From the NCBI GenBank assembly GCA_951406725.2, contig OX597820.1:16120001-16184000 (forward strand): a stretch of DNA of 64,000 nucleotides. Direction: 5' to 3'. A program made the translations under genes and the position numbers. This stretch comes from Octopus vulgaris. Lineage: Eukaryota. Below the pieces are notes generated by a model. The model was not told the origin of the DNA. It searched no databases and saw only the letters and a list, made by a program, of their open reading frames with translations. Below, piece after piece: positions 26,222 through 39,504 of this stretch (its first letter is position 1; each line of letters starts with the position of its first letter).

Positions 26222-27376
26222 GAGAGAGAGAGGCGGTGGGGTAGACATAGTTAAATTACGACAATAAATGGAAATCAAACCAGACGGAAGAAAAGAAAAA
26301 AAAACAGCTGAAAATATGTTAACTATCCACAGGAGTAGAAATAAAGATATGTTGCGATGGATCCTCCGTCGTTTGTAGCGATGAACATTCAGTTGTTTTA
26401 TCGACCGAACTATCTACCACCCGTTATGTTAAGGTATGCATGCAGGTAAGCATTCCACGAATAAGCTTGAGCCCAATGAAATCTCGAGGACAGAATCAGC
26501 GTGAAACAGTGTGTGAGGGAAGGATTTTCGATTTATATTCATACGGTGCAATCGATTCGAAAGCTTCTACACAGTTTCATTTCACTCAGTTTCATTCACA
26601 AGGCTTGAGTCCATCTCAGAATCTAGATTACAAAAACAAACACACCTAAGATATCGACCAATGGGATCGAACCAACAACCACATAGTTACAAAGTAAACT
26701 TAGTAATCGACTTAACCCCTTCGTCTGTCCTTGTTTGTCCCCTCTATGTTTAGCCCCTTGTGGGCAATAAAGAAATAAAAAAAAACATCGTTAGCTTCTT
26801 CTGACTTTCTGGCAGAAAGGGCCCCATATTTTAGAGAAAAGTTTGTGAAGTTGCACCCTTTTTCTAGATATGAAATAACTTCAGTTTAGAGTCCACACCG
26901 TATATAAATGTAGCACTTACACGATTAAATTCAATTCGTGTTTGTGTATGTTTGTGTGTCTCAAATTGAATTTGAAAGGTCTACTCGATCAGGATTGATC
27001 AGGAGCTATACAATAACAACAACAAACGTGATGGTGACAACTTCAACAACAAAGACAACGACGATGTTGATAGCAACAACAACAATAACAAAGAACATGG
27101 CGACGACGACGACAACGACGACGATGACGGAGACCGCGACAAACTCAATCATCGAATTACTGACAGTAAATTTCCTTTGGCGAAAGTCAAGTGATATCGA
27201 TGAATTGTGACCAAAATTATTGGAACAAATTTTCAGGCCGCCATCATAGTTTAGCTTTGTTTTCTATTGACAAAACACTTCCGGTTTTAATGCGCGGAAT
27301 AAACTGTCTCATACAAATACAATGTTGAGTCCTACGTGTGGGAAGTTGTTTGATGAGATGGAATGAAAGAAAAAGT

Positions 27377-27444
<68 letters not shown>

Positions 27445-27869
27445 AAAGTGTATTGACTTAGTGATTCATATTGACGCTGTCAGGCCGTCATCTGTATAAA
27501 TGAAATAAACGTATGCCGTAACCTAACGAAACGTATTGACGTCACACAGAAACTTATTAATAGTTAACAATAGGGCTAATGTCAATATATGTTATGTACT
27601 TTTGCTTTGCAATCTAATCCTTTTCCCGAAATGAATGCACGGGGCACAAATGACAAACTCATTCGTATAGCCTTGTGCGATTTAAGCATCCATATAAGGT
27701 AGTCCTTTTAGCTTTAATTTTTTTTACCTGTTGTGTTTGGGGAGAGTAATTTTCTTTTTGTGCCTTATGATTTAATACACACACCGGTAAAAATTTCCAC
27801 TTATTTCTTATTTTTATTCTCCTAAAATTTTCGTTGCGTCTTGCAACCTTTTCAATAGTCTTTCTCTGT

Positions 27870-28345
27870 AATTTGACTGCAGCCATGCTGGAGCAAGGTT
27901 TTGAAGGGTTTGTTTTTGTTTTTGTTTTTTAGTTAAACAGATCAATCTCAGTTCCTTTACCATTTATTATTTATTTATATTTTTTTGCAGTTTGGCATTT
28001 ATTCTGTCTGTTTCTTTTGCCGGACTGGTAAGTTACAGAGGCGTAAACAGACCAAAACTGGTTGTCAAGCAGTGGAGGCAGACAAACACAGATATAAAGA
28101 CACACACATACTCACACACGTACAAGTACACACATACACACACATACACATACACACACATGCACACACATAAATACACACCCACATACACGCACACACA
28201 CACACACACGATGGGCTTCCACACATTTTCCGTCACCTAGATATACTCAGAAGGCATTGGTCGGTCGGGGGCTTTAGTAGAAGACACTGTCTCTCAAGGT
28301 GTCGCACTGTAGGATTGAACCCGAAACCACGTGGTTGCAGCAACT
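27870..28345 (-). mobile_element. Old SINE family B copy
   Basis: ttgactgcagccatgctggagca ... ggtcggtcggggctttagtagaagacac. Confidence 0.6.
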
Positions 28346-28462
28346 CATGAGTTATAGAAAAAACTGTAAGTTCGAGAAAAGGCATAATATAATAAGAATT
28401 TACCTTTGAACATTGGTTTCAAATTCTGTCTCAAGGCCAGCAATTTTATGGGTCGAAGATCG

Positions 28463-28843
28463 TGGCACTCCGTCGGTTACGACGACGAGGGTTCCATTTG
28501 ATCTGATCAACGGAACAGCCTGCTCGTGAACTTAAACGTGCAAGTGGCTGAACACTCCACAGACACGTGTACCCTTAACGTAGTTCTCGGGGAGATTCAG
28601 CGTGACACAGAGTGTGACAAGGCTGGCCCTTTGAAATACAGGTACAACAGAAACAAGAAGAAAGAGTAAGAGAAAGTTGTGGTGAAATAGTACAGCAGGG
28701 TTCGCCATCACCTCCTGCCGGAGCCTCGTGGAGCTTTAGGTGTTTCCGCTCAATAAACACTCACAAAACCCGGTTTGGGAATCAAAGCCGCGATCCTGCG
28801 ACCGCGAGTCCGCTGCCCTAACCACTGGGCCATTGCACCTCCA
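28463..28843 (-). mobile_element. Full-length SINE family C
   Basis: Reverse complement of 47601-47980. Confidence 0.8.
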
Positions 28844-28977
28844 CAAGACGAAGATAGTCGATTACATCAACCCTAGTGCGTGAAGTAGTACTTTTTTTTA
28901 TCGACTCCGAAATAATATAAGGCAAAGTTGACTTCGAGGGAATCTAAACTCAGGACATAAAGACAGACGAAATACCT

Positions 28978-30312
28978 TATTTCTTTACTATCCACGAGGG
29001 GCTAAACACAGAGGGGACAAGCAAGGACAGACAAAAGGATTAAGTCGGTTATATCGACCCCAGTGCGTAACTGGTACTTAATTTATCGACCCCGAAAGGA
29101 TGAAAGGCAAAGTCGACCTCGGCGGAATTTGAACTCAGAACGTAACGGCAGACGAAATGCCTATTTCTTTACTGCCCACGAGGGGCTAAACGCAGAGAAG
29201 ACAAACAAGGACAGACAAACGGATTAAGTCGATTATATCGACCCCAGTGCGTAACTGGTACTTAATTTATCGACCCCGAAAGGATGAAAGGCAAAGTCGA
29301 CCTCGGCGGAATTTGAACTCAGAACGTAACGGCAGACGAAATGCCTATTTCTTTACTGCCCACGAGGGGCTAAACACAGAGGGGACAAGCAAGGACAGAC
29401 AAAAGGATTAAGTCGATTATATCGACCCCAGTGCGTAACTGATACTTAATTTATCGACCCCGAAAGGATGAAAGGCAAAGTCGACCTCGGCGGAATTTGA
29501 ACTCAGAACGTAACGGCAGACGAAATGCCTATTTCTTTACTGCCCACGAGGGGCTAAACGCAGAGAAGACAAACAAGGACAGACAAACGGATTAAGTCGA
29601 TTATATCGACCCCAGTGCGTAACTGGTACTTAATTTATCGACCCCGAAAGGATGAAAGGCAAAGTCGACCTGGGCGGAATTTGAACTCAGAACGTAACGG
29701 CAGACGAAATGCCTATTTCTTTACTGCCCACGAGGGGCTAAACACAGAGGGGACAAGCAAGGACAGACAAAAGGATTAAGTCGATTATATCGACCCCAGT
29801 GCGTAACTGGTACTTAATTTATCGACCCCGAAAGGATGAAAGGCAAAGTCGACCTCGGCGGAATTTGAACTCAGAACGTAACGGCAGACGAAATGCCTAT
29901 TTCTTTACTGCCCACGAGGGGCTAAACACAGAGGGGACAAGCAAGGACAGACAAAAGGATTAAGTCGATTATATCGACCCCAGTGCGTAACTGGTACTTA
30001 TTTAATCGACCCCGAAAGGATGAAAGGCAAAGTCGGCCTCGGCGCAATTTGAACTCAGAACGTAACGGCAGACGAAATGCCTACTTCTTTACTGCCCACG
30101 AGGGGCTAAACACAGAGGGGACAAGCAAGGACAGACAAAAGGATTAAGTCGGTTATATCGACTCCAGTGCGTAACTGGTACTTATTTAATCGACCCCGAA
30201 AGGATGAAAGGCAAAGTCGACCTCGGCGGAATTTGAACTCAGAACGTAACGGCAGACGAAATACCGCTAAGCTTGTTGCCCGGCATGCTAACGTTTCTGC
30301 CAGCTCGCCGCC
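28978..30312 (-). repeat. SINE family A tandem array: one tRNA head plus seven 184-bp bodies
   Basis: Units start (on +) at 28978, 29162, 29346, 29530, 29714, 29898 and 30082. The single head is at about 30263-30312. Confidence 0.9.
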
Positions 30313-30381
30313 TTGAAATTCCATTTAAATATTACCCATGTGTTTCACTGCGTTTGCTAAGTAATCCGGCTTATTGCAAAC

Positions 30382-30486
<105 letters not shown>

Positions 30487-30509
30487 CGTGTGTGTGTGTG
30501 TGTGTGTGC

Positions 30510-30695
30510 GTTTGTCCTGTTAACATCGCTTGACAACCGATGCTGGTGTGTTCACGTCCTCGTAACTTAGCTTCGGCTAAAAAGATCGATAGAATAAGTA
30601 CTAGGCTTACAAAGAATAAGTCCTGGGGTCGATTTGCTCGATAAAGGCGGTGCACCAGCATGGCCGCAGTCAAATGACTGAAACAAATAAAAGAA
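30510..30695 (+). mobile_element. 3' half of SINE family B following a long (TG)n
   Basis: acatcgcttgacaaccgatgctgg...ggccgcagtcaaatgactgaaac. Confidence 0.7.
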
Positions 30696-31001
30696 AAAAA
30701 ACTGTAAAAGAAATAGAGTTAGTTCTTTTGGCGGTAATTTGCGAGCTAAGCAAACTTAATGTGAAAGAACTCATTTCATTGGTTGAAAAATATACTAACC
30801 GAAGCCGTCTTGGTTTTTGAGCGAAAATTATTCCAAAAGATTGTTTCTGGGTGCTTCTTGAAATTTCCAATGATTGTTATAAAAACCACAATTATTCCAT
30901 GTTTTTTTTTAGTGACGAAGTTATGTCACTCACAACTTTGCATGTCTCATAGTGTTGAAATGTCTCTAACACTAACGTAATAGACATGGCATTATTCTCT
31001 A

Positions 31002-31393
31002 CTAGCAGTATAGCCCGGCGTTGCCTGGGTTTGTTTCGACCCTTTAGAATTGGAATTTTTGAAAAGTAATAATTTTGCATTATGTAGCTTGTTATTCTCT
31101 TTAAGTGAACATTTATCTGGTTGAAATACACCGAAAAATGGCGACACAGCAGTCAAAAGTCGTAAAAAATAGGGATTTTCATAGCAAAAAAAGCACCTTT
31201 TTGATGTAAATAGTTTTTGGTGTTGACATGGTCCGATTTGAATTTTTTCTTCTACGGAAGGAAGAACAAGCCATCTTCTATCATACTCTCAATTTTGGTC
31301 AACTTGCGCCACAGGGTCTCGAAAGAGATAGTGTTAGTTGAAGGCTACCAAACCTGCCACACACAGACAACTTCAGCATTATATATAGAGAGA
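31002..31393 (-). mobile_element. Non-autonomous Helitron
   Basis: Minus strand 5' TCTCTCTATATATAA; 3' CCCAGGCAACGCCGGG hairpin, then CTATACTG and CTAG|T. Confidence 0.8.
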
Positions 31394-31959
31394 TTGTGAC
31401 CTTAAGTCATTGATCTAAACTTTTTTCCTTAGAATACTTTGATGAATTAGTTAAGTAATTTTATTCTTGCCATCTCTTCACGACAAGTTATTAGAAAAAA
31501 AAAGAAAATGTTTACTCCTGATATATATTTTGCAATTGTAATTATTTATCTCTATAAAATAAAAGAAGTATTGATCAAAATAATGCGACTCTGATCTTTT
31601 GCTTTCGATAATACTTGTTCTATTGACTACTTCATGTTGCAAGAGAACACCATTAAAGAAAAGATTTAAACGTCACATATAACATATCTATACAACATAT
31701 TCAGTTTGTTTTCAATTAAAACCTTGCAGAGCTGTTGCACCAACACACATTATTATCTACTTAAATTAACTGATCTTGATAGTTGAACCGTTGAACCCTA
31801 GATAACTTCAACATTTGAACTGACAACCAGAATTCAACTATCTAGTTCGCTTAAACTGGTGATCTCGATATCTTTACTAGTTATGATATACCAAGGAAAT
31901 GTGGGAGAAAGTACAGGTTTATAACATTTGTTCCAACGTACGTTTCACCATTGAGGCTG

Positions 31960-32285
31960 TCTGGAACTTCTACAGTTGGGTGCAATTCGGTGTTTAACCA
32001 CAACGGATAATAAGGGATCACATTATTTGGAACCTTTGCAGTTGGGTGCAATTCGGTGCTTAACCACAGCGGATCATAAGGGATCACATTCTTTGGGACC
32101 TCTGAAGTTAGGTGCAATTCGGTGCTTAACCACAACGGATCATAAGGGATCACATTCTTTGGGACCTCTGAAGTTAGGTGCAATTCGGTGCTTAACCACA
32201 ACGGATCATAAGGGATCACATTATTTGGAACCTCTGCAGTTGGGTGCAATTCGGTGCTTAATCACAACGGATAATAAGGGAACAC
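31960..32285. repeat. 66-bp minisatellite, about 5 units
   Basis: gggtgcaattcggtgcttaaccacaacggatcataagggatcacatt..ttggaacctctgcagtt repeated with period 66. Confidence 0.9.
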
Positions 32286-32510
32286 ATTAATGCTTTATGT
32301 TACAGAGAACTTAGACATTACTTCCTCGTAACAGAACGCAATAAAGTGTTTCCTGATGATCCGTTGTGGTTAATCATTCCCTTGCACTTAGAGCATCCAA
32401 TACTGAGGCGCAAGCAACCACAATGGTGAAACGTACGTAGAAACTAATAATATAAACTTGCTCTCTCTTCCTTTCTCCCCCACTGTGTGTGTGTGTGTGT
32501 GTGTGTGTCT

Positions 32511-32694
32511 CAGGCGTGGTTGGGTGGTAAGTAGCTTGCTTACCGACCATATGGTTCCGGGTTCAGTCCCATTGCGTGGCACCTTGGGCAAGTGTCTTCT
32601 ACTATAACCTCGGGCCGACCAAAGCCTTGTGAGTAGATTTGGTAGACGGAAACTGAAAGAAGCCCGTCGTATATATGTATATATATAGATATAG

Positions 32695-32753
<59 letters not shown>

Positions 32754-32955
32754 TGTGTGTCTGTGTTTGTGCCCCAACATCGCTTGACAACCGATGCTGG
32801 TATGTTTAGGTCCCCGTAACTTAGCGGTTCGGCAAAAGAGATCGATAGAATAAGTACTAGGCTTACAAAGAATAAGTCCTGGAGTCGATTTGCTCGACTA
32901 AAGGCGGTGCTCCAGCATGGCCGCAGTCAAATGACTGAAACAAGTAAAAGAGTAA
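32511..32955 (+). mobile_element. Full-length SINE family B
   Basis: Head ggtaagtagcttgct..ggttcagtccca, CORE-like accttgggcaagtg, internal (TA)(TG)n, tail gactgaaacaagtaaaagagtaa. Confidence 0.8.
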
Positions 32956-33181
32956 TAGATATATATATATAGAGAGAGAGAAAGTGAGGGAGAGAGAGCG
33001 AGAGAGGGTGGGAGAAAGAGAGAGAGGGTAGAAGAGAAAGAGAGAGGGGGAAGAGAAAGAGAGAGAGAGAGGGAGTGGCAGTAATGCAGATAAACATATT
33101 TAGGTTTCACACACACACACAACCGCTATTTATGTCTGTTTTTCTGTATGTGTGTGTGTGTGTGTGTGTGTGCGTGTGTGT

Positions 33182-33212
<31 letters not shown>

Positions 33213-33307
33213 AGCTATACATAATCACAGATACAGATATATATAATGACACACATAATGCATAAACACACGCATACATACTCTTTTTTTTATTTCTCTC
33301 CTTTCTT

Positions 33308-33385
<78 letters not shown>

Positions 33386-33734
33386 GCACGCGCACAGACA
33401 CTCAGCGAAGCTGAAAGCGAAATCATTCACGTGACATACAGTTTTCCCCTCCCGAATCGTCAAGATAACAAGAAAAGATGCCGGAAATCCCGAACACATT
33501 GAACTTCTGTGAAATAGGAGAGTACCTTAACGAATTCGGGGAAAACCAGAAAATCTGAGGGGCATTATAAATACATACTCTCCCTTACGTTGAACTCTTT
33601 GTTAACTAAAATACAAATATCTTCAATAAAATATAGATATTTTGATAAAAATACCAATCATTTTTTTTCAAACAAAAAATTATTTGAAATATCTAACGCA
33701 GAATGCGGATCCTTCCATTAAGAAATTTTTTTTC

Positions 33735-33942
33735 TTTTCTACTCTAGACACAAGGTCCGAAATTTTGGGGGAGGGGGTCAGTCGATTAGATCGACCCCAG
33801 TACGCAACTGATACATAATTTATCGACCCCGAAAGGATGAAAGGCAAACTCGGAGGAATTTGAACTCAGAACATAAAGACAGACAAAATACGGCTATGCA
33901 TTTCACCCGGCGCGCTAACGTTTTTGCCATCTTGCCGCCTTC
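33735..33942 (-). mobile_element. SINE family A (short-tail variant)
   Basis: tatcgaccccgaaaggatgaaaggcaaa block plus head remnants. Confidence 0.7.
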
Positions 33943-34316
33943 CTTCCATCATGGAATTAAGAAAAAAAAAAATTTTTTTTTGTTTCTCGTGTAAACAAAC
34001 GGAAATTAACCCTTACTGCCTTTAATATAGATTTACATCCATGTGTATACTTTTAAATGTGTGCACACCTTTAAGTTTTACAGGTAGCCTACTTCTGCCG
34101 ATAGCAGTTGACTGCATTTTAGCTTTCAGTTAAAATTCAAGTGTTGTCAAAATACACTGTACTTCGTACTGTACTTGAAACAGTTGCACGCGTGCACAAA
34201 CACACGCACACATATAAATATGTATACACATATATATATGTGTGTGTGTGTGTGTATATAAATGTACATATACATATATGTGCGTGTGTGTGTATATATG
34301 TATACATATATATGTG

Positions 34317-34372
<56 letters not shown>

Positions 34373-34613
34373 TATATACACATACATAAATATGTATACA
34401 TATATTTATATATATACATATATATATACACATACATATATATGTATACATATATATATATACATATATATACACATACATATATATGTATATATATATA
34501 ATTGAGATTCGTATGAATTAGGTACTTAAGTTGAAGCACCAAGTCAGTCCGGTATTATCCGGATAGTTCGAAGGTGAATAAAATCAAAATAAGCAACAAG
34601 ATATCAAGTAGTA

Positions 34614-34701
34614 ATGCAGTACGACCGTTTCAAGCGACTCCATTTAATTAAACAATGCAATCATTACATCAATTTAAATGTAGTGCCATCTTCAGCTGCA
34701 C
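34614..34701 (-). ncRNA. Type I hammerhead ribozyme, canonical core
   Basis: Minus strand GTGCAG-CTGAAGA-TGGCACT..AGTCGCTT-GAAA-CGGTCG-TA-CTGCAT. Confidence 0.75.
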
Positions 34702-35701
34702 AAATAAATAAATGGAATTTTAACAAGTTGGACAATATAATTTTTCTCAAATATTTTAACAGAGCAAGAAGATGGAAGAAATTCATGTTATTGTTATTGT
34801 AGCTAAGAATAGACTACACGTCTAAGAATTGCATGGAGCATAGTGGGGTCATAGAGTTGTAAATGATTGTAATTAATTTCGAATTCATTTATCTCTTTAT
34901 CAACTACTAAATCTAAAGACTAGAAGACTGTGTCTATTTTGAATAAAGGACAAGAGGGTGTTGACAGCTCATGGCTAGGTATGGTCATAAATGTTATCAT
35001 ATGTATCCTTTTCTCCAGGGAGGAAATAAGACATTTGGTGTAGTCAGTTGGATATAAGTAACTGTTTATAAAAAGAGGCAGGGTAGAGGTAGACTTTAAA
35101 TCATGATGCTAATTACCAGTTAAAGGGGCAAGACGCTAAGAAACCTATGATGTTAATACAAAGTAAATTTTATTTAGAGACACAATTTAGAGGAGATTGT
35201 TTGTAAACAATATTGTTTAGTTGTATAAAGATAAAATTTAACAATTTCAAAAATGATATCATAACCAAAAGAGGTAAAAGGTGTGTATAAATCAATTATA
35301 AACATTAAACAGGAAGATTACATAAAATCAGTTTAATATTAATTAATTAATTAATCATTAGGTGGTTCAGGGCATTTACTTATGGAATAACTGGAAAGAT
35401 ATATGTGCTATCTATTAATTTTAAGCCATGAATCAGAAAAATGTAAAGGTGCATACAACTACATATACATTGATCTATGTACATATATGCATATATACAC
35501 ATACACAATATTTATATGGATATAGTATAAATATCTCACATAACTGAAAAATATCTATTTAAGAACAAGAAAATTAATAATTTATAAGGGATAAGAGGTT
35601 AAGAAGTAAGGATGTCAAAATACGAAACCAAAATAAGAATTTATGGAATTCTTATTATGTACAGATTTTATATATTGAGAAAAAGGAAGTAGGAATTGGA
35701 T

Positions 35702-35741
35702 ATTTAGGGCTTTCGTCCATTAAAAGGATTCATCAAGAATG
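35702..35741 (-). ncRNA. Degenerate minimal hammerhead
   Basis: Minus strand ATTC-TTGATGA-ATCC-TTTTAAT-GGAC-GAAA-GCCC-TA-AAT. Confidence 0.35.
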
Positions 35742-35864
35742 ATTTTTAATAGAAGTAAAGGAATGAATTTTCTTTAACAATTCATTCATGATGAATTTCT
35801 AAAAGTAATGAAAGTGCTAAATAAATAATTCTTACCCAAATCATGTCGTTTACCTATATATATT

Positions 35865-35910
<46 letters not shown>

Positions 35911-36029
35911 AGTGTGTGTGTGTGTGTGTGAGTGTGTAGTGTAGTCTAATGGGTTATAATCTAAGCTGTGTCCTCGCGAAGCTCATCTGCACATTCCATT
36001 AATTAAATGCATTCTCTTTTTTTCTTTTA

Positions 36030-36222
36030 TTCTTTTACTTGTTTCAGTCATTTGACTGCGGCCATGCTGGAGCACCGCCTGTAGTCGGACAAATCGACCC
36101 TAGAAGTTATTCTTTGTAAGCCTAGTACTTATTCTATCGGTCTCTTTTGTCGCTAAGTTACGGGAATGTAAGCACACTACTATCGGTTGTCGAGCAATGT
36201 TGGGGGGACAAACACAGACACA

Positions 36223-36306
<84 letters not shown>

Positions 36307-36515
36307 ACAGGCTTCTTTCATTTTCCGTCAACCAAATCCATTCACAAAGCTTTGGTCGGCCTGAGGCTACAGTAGAAGACACTTAGCCAAGGTGCCACGC
36401 AGTGGGACTGAACCTGGGACCATGTGATTCGGACCATGTGGCCACGCACTTGGAGTGGACCCGGAACCATATGGTTCGGAAGCAAGCTTCTTACCATACT
36501 GCCACTCCTGCGCCT
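36030..36515 (-). mobile_element. SINE family B with local internal duplication of the head
   Basis: Reverse complement of the family B consensus; the ggaccatgtg segment is repeated at about 36417-36475. Confidence 0.75.
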
Positions 36516-36877
36516 ATACATGTATGTAGATGTTCTATTGCAAATGAGAAAATCATACATACTGATTGAAACCCCGCTGAATCATAATATTTACTGCGTA
36601 TATAAATATTGAAACAAAAACTTGAAAATTTGGTGTATTTTAAATTCCATATTACACATTTCATTACAGCATAGGAAATACAATATAAATATAGAAATCA
36701 TTGTGGGCGTGTAGTAAGAAGCTTGTTTCTCAGCCATATGGTTCCGGGTTCACGCCAACTGCGTGGCACCTTGGGCAGATGTCTTCCACTATAGCTTCAG
36801 GATGAAGTTATAGCCTTGTGAGTGATTTGGTAGACGGAAACTGAAAGGTACCCGCCGTATATACATACATACATACA

Positions 36878-36977
<100 letters not shown>

Positions 36978-37042
36978 TACAAGTGAGGATTTATAAACCT
37001 CAGAGGAATAAAAATATCCAAGGCACACACACACACGCACAT

Positions 37043-37372
37043 ATTATTATTATTATTATTTTTTTTTTTCTTCTTTCAAATTTGCTTCCATTTCTTGGCG
37101 AGTGTCTTCCCGACTCCTAGGGCAAAGAAACTCATAGTATACATTGGTAGGCCATTAAACCAAACTCAATAGTTCGTTCATTTTTTTTTTTTAAGTTAAA
37201 TTAAAATGCATGAGCAGCAACAGTTCTCACATCGACAATGCTCTTCTCAATACGTGTGATGTACCAGTTAAGACAATCTTTTGCACTTCTTGCAGGGATG
37301 GTAAGCCAGAGATCATTCTCATATAATTTTCGGTTCCCTTCTTGATCATTCCTAGTGCTCCTACGATCACTG

Positions 37373-37375
<3 letters not shown>
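37043..37375 (-). mobile_element. 3' fragment of an R4/Dong-clade LINE inserted in (TAA)n
   Basis: PVIVGALGMIKKG...LQEVQKIVLTGTSHVLRRALSM* (REL-endonuclease C-terminus), a 3' UTR and an A/(TAA)n tail. The UTR end is duplicated at about 37400-37465 and a related copy lies at about 44660-44750. Confidence 0.75.
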
Positions 37376-37404
<29 letters not shown>

Positions 37405-37465
37405 TTTTTTTCTTCTTTCAAATTTGCTTCCATCTCTTGCCGAGTGTCTTCCCGACTCCTAGGGC

Positions 37466-37516
<51 letters not shown>

Positions 37517-37579
37517 AACCAAGAGAGATGGAGAGAAGATTAATAAAAGTTTATTAATCATATATATTTTTCTTTTATT

Positions 37580-37792
37580 TTTTCTTTTACTTGTTTCAGT
37601 CATTTGACTGCGGCCATGCTGGAGCACCGCCTTTAGTCGAGCAAATCGACCCCGGGACTTATTCTTTGTAAGCCCAGTACTTATTCTATCGGTCTCTTTT
37701 TGCCGAACCGCTAAGTAATGGGCACGTAAACACACCAGCATCGGTTGTCAAGCAATGCTAGGGGGACAAACACAGACACGCAAACACACACA

Positions 37793-37827
<35 letters not shown>

Positions 37828-37990
37828 GACGGGCTTCTTTCAGTTTCCGTCTACCAAATTCACTCACAAGGCTTTGGTCGGCCCGAGGCTATAGCAGCAG
37901 ACACTTGCCCAAGATGCCACGCAGTGGGACTGAACCCGGAACCATGTGGTTGGTTAGCAAGCTACTTACCACACGGCCACTCCTGCGCCT
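37580..37990 (-). mobile_element. Full-length SINE family B
   Basis: Near-consensus reverse complement copy. Confidence 0.8.
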
Positions 37991-38077
37991 ATATGTATAT
38001 ATATATTTGGGAATTCTAAGGGTGAACACGCTCTATTTGTACTCTCATACGTTCTTAACGGAACACACCTCAACTAA

Positions 38078-38116
<39 letters not shown>

Positions 38117-38119
38117 TGC

Positions 38120-38154
<35 letters not shown>

Positions 38155-38870
38155 CGTGCGTGTGTGTGTGTGTGTGTGTGTATGTGTGTGTCTGTTTCTG
38201 TGTTGACAATCGATATTGGTGTCTTCATGTCCCCGAAATCTAGCGGTTCGGCAAAAGGGACCGATAAAATAAGTACCAAGCTTTCAAAGAATAAGTCCTG
38301 GGGTGGCTTTCTTCGATTAAAAAACAAACCTTTACGGCGCTGTTCCAGCATGGCCGCAGTCAAATGACTGAAAAGAGGGAGACATCCCCGGACTGCTCGT
38401 GGAAACCCTACAAATCTCCGTCAGTCCTGACCACCTGGGTAAGCACCTTCTCTACTTTGTCTACAGGTGCATACTCAGAGTAGGCCCATTCACTCAGACC
38501 ATTCTTGCGACATTCCTCCACCTTTTAACAATATTACTGGCGGGGAAGAACCTCTCTTTCCACCCTCACTTTCCTCTTCAAGTGAAACTTGAAAAAGTTC
38601 ATGATGGCATGGCCAAAGGGAAAAGTGATTGTCTTCAGCCCTACACCTTTTATTGTCATCTTAACATCACACTATCATCTCGTAATCAAATTACTTTTAA
38701 AACAAACTTCTAATTTTCTTAAGTTTTTACAGACATTCTCTAGAACAATACTCTGTGCAAAACCAAAAATAAGGGACGCTAGTCATAATACCAACTTGAA
38801 CTTGCTGTCTCTTGAGGTCTTTGGGTGAGACTTGGAGTCAACTTGTACAAATACAAAGTAAAAGTCAATC

Positions 38871-38935
<65 letters not shown>

Positions 38936-38939
38936 GTGG

Positions 38940-39275
38940 TAGCACTCCGTCGGTTACGACGATGAGGGTTCCGGTTGATCCGAATCAACGGAACAGCCTG
39001 CTCGTGAAATTAACCCTTACCGTAGTTCTCGGAGATATTCAGCGTGACACAGAGAGTGACAAGGCCGGCCCCTTGAAATACAGGTACAACAGAAACAGGA
39101 AGAAAGAGTGAGAGAAAGTTGTACAGCAGGATTCGTTACCACCCCGTGCCGGAGCCTCGTGGAGCTTTAGGTATTTTCGCTCAATAAACACTCACAACGC
39201 CCGGTCTCGGAATCGAAACCGCGATCCTATGACCGCGAGTCCGCTGCCCTAACCACTGGGCCATTGCGCCTCCAC
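38940..39275 (-). mobile_element. SINE family C within (TAA)n
   Basis: Same head and tail as 28463-28843, with an internal deletion. Confidence 0.75.
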
Positions 39276-39318
<43 letters not shown>

Positions 39319-39423
39319 TTAACAATAATAACGATAATAATAATAATCATAATAGTAATAATAGTAACCATAATAATAATAATAATAATAACAATAATAA
39401 TAATAATCATAATAATAATAATA

Positions 39424-39504
<81 letters not shown>

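Noticed and set aside
28978-30312. CRISPR-like regular repeats
   Set aside because: Units are contiguous, near-identical SINE bodies with no unique spacers, and the context is eukaryotic with no cas genes.
33438-33550. Short possible TIR pair GTTTTCCCC..CGAAT / ATTCGGGGGAAAAC
   Set aside because: Single imperfect occurrence with no clear TSD; insufficient for a MITE call.
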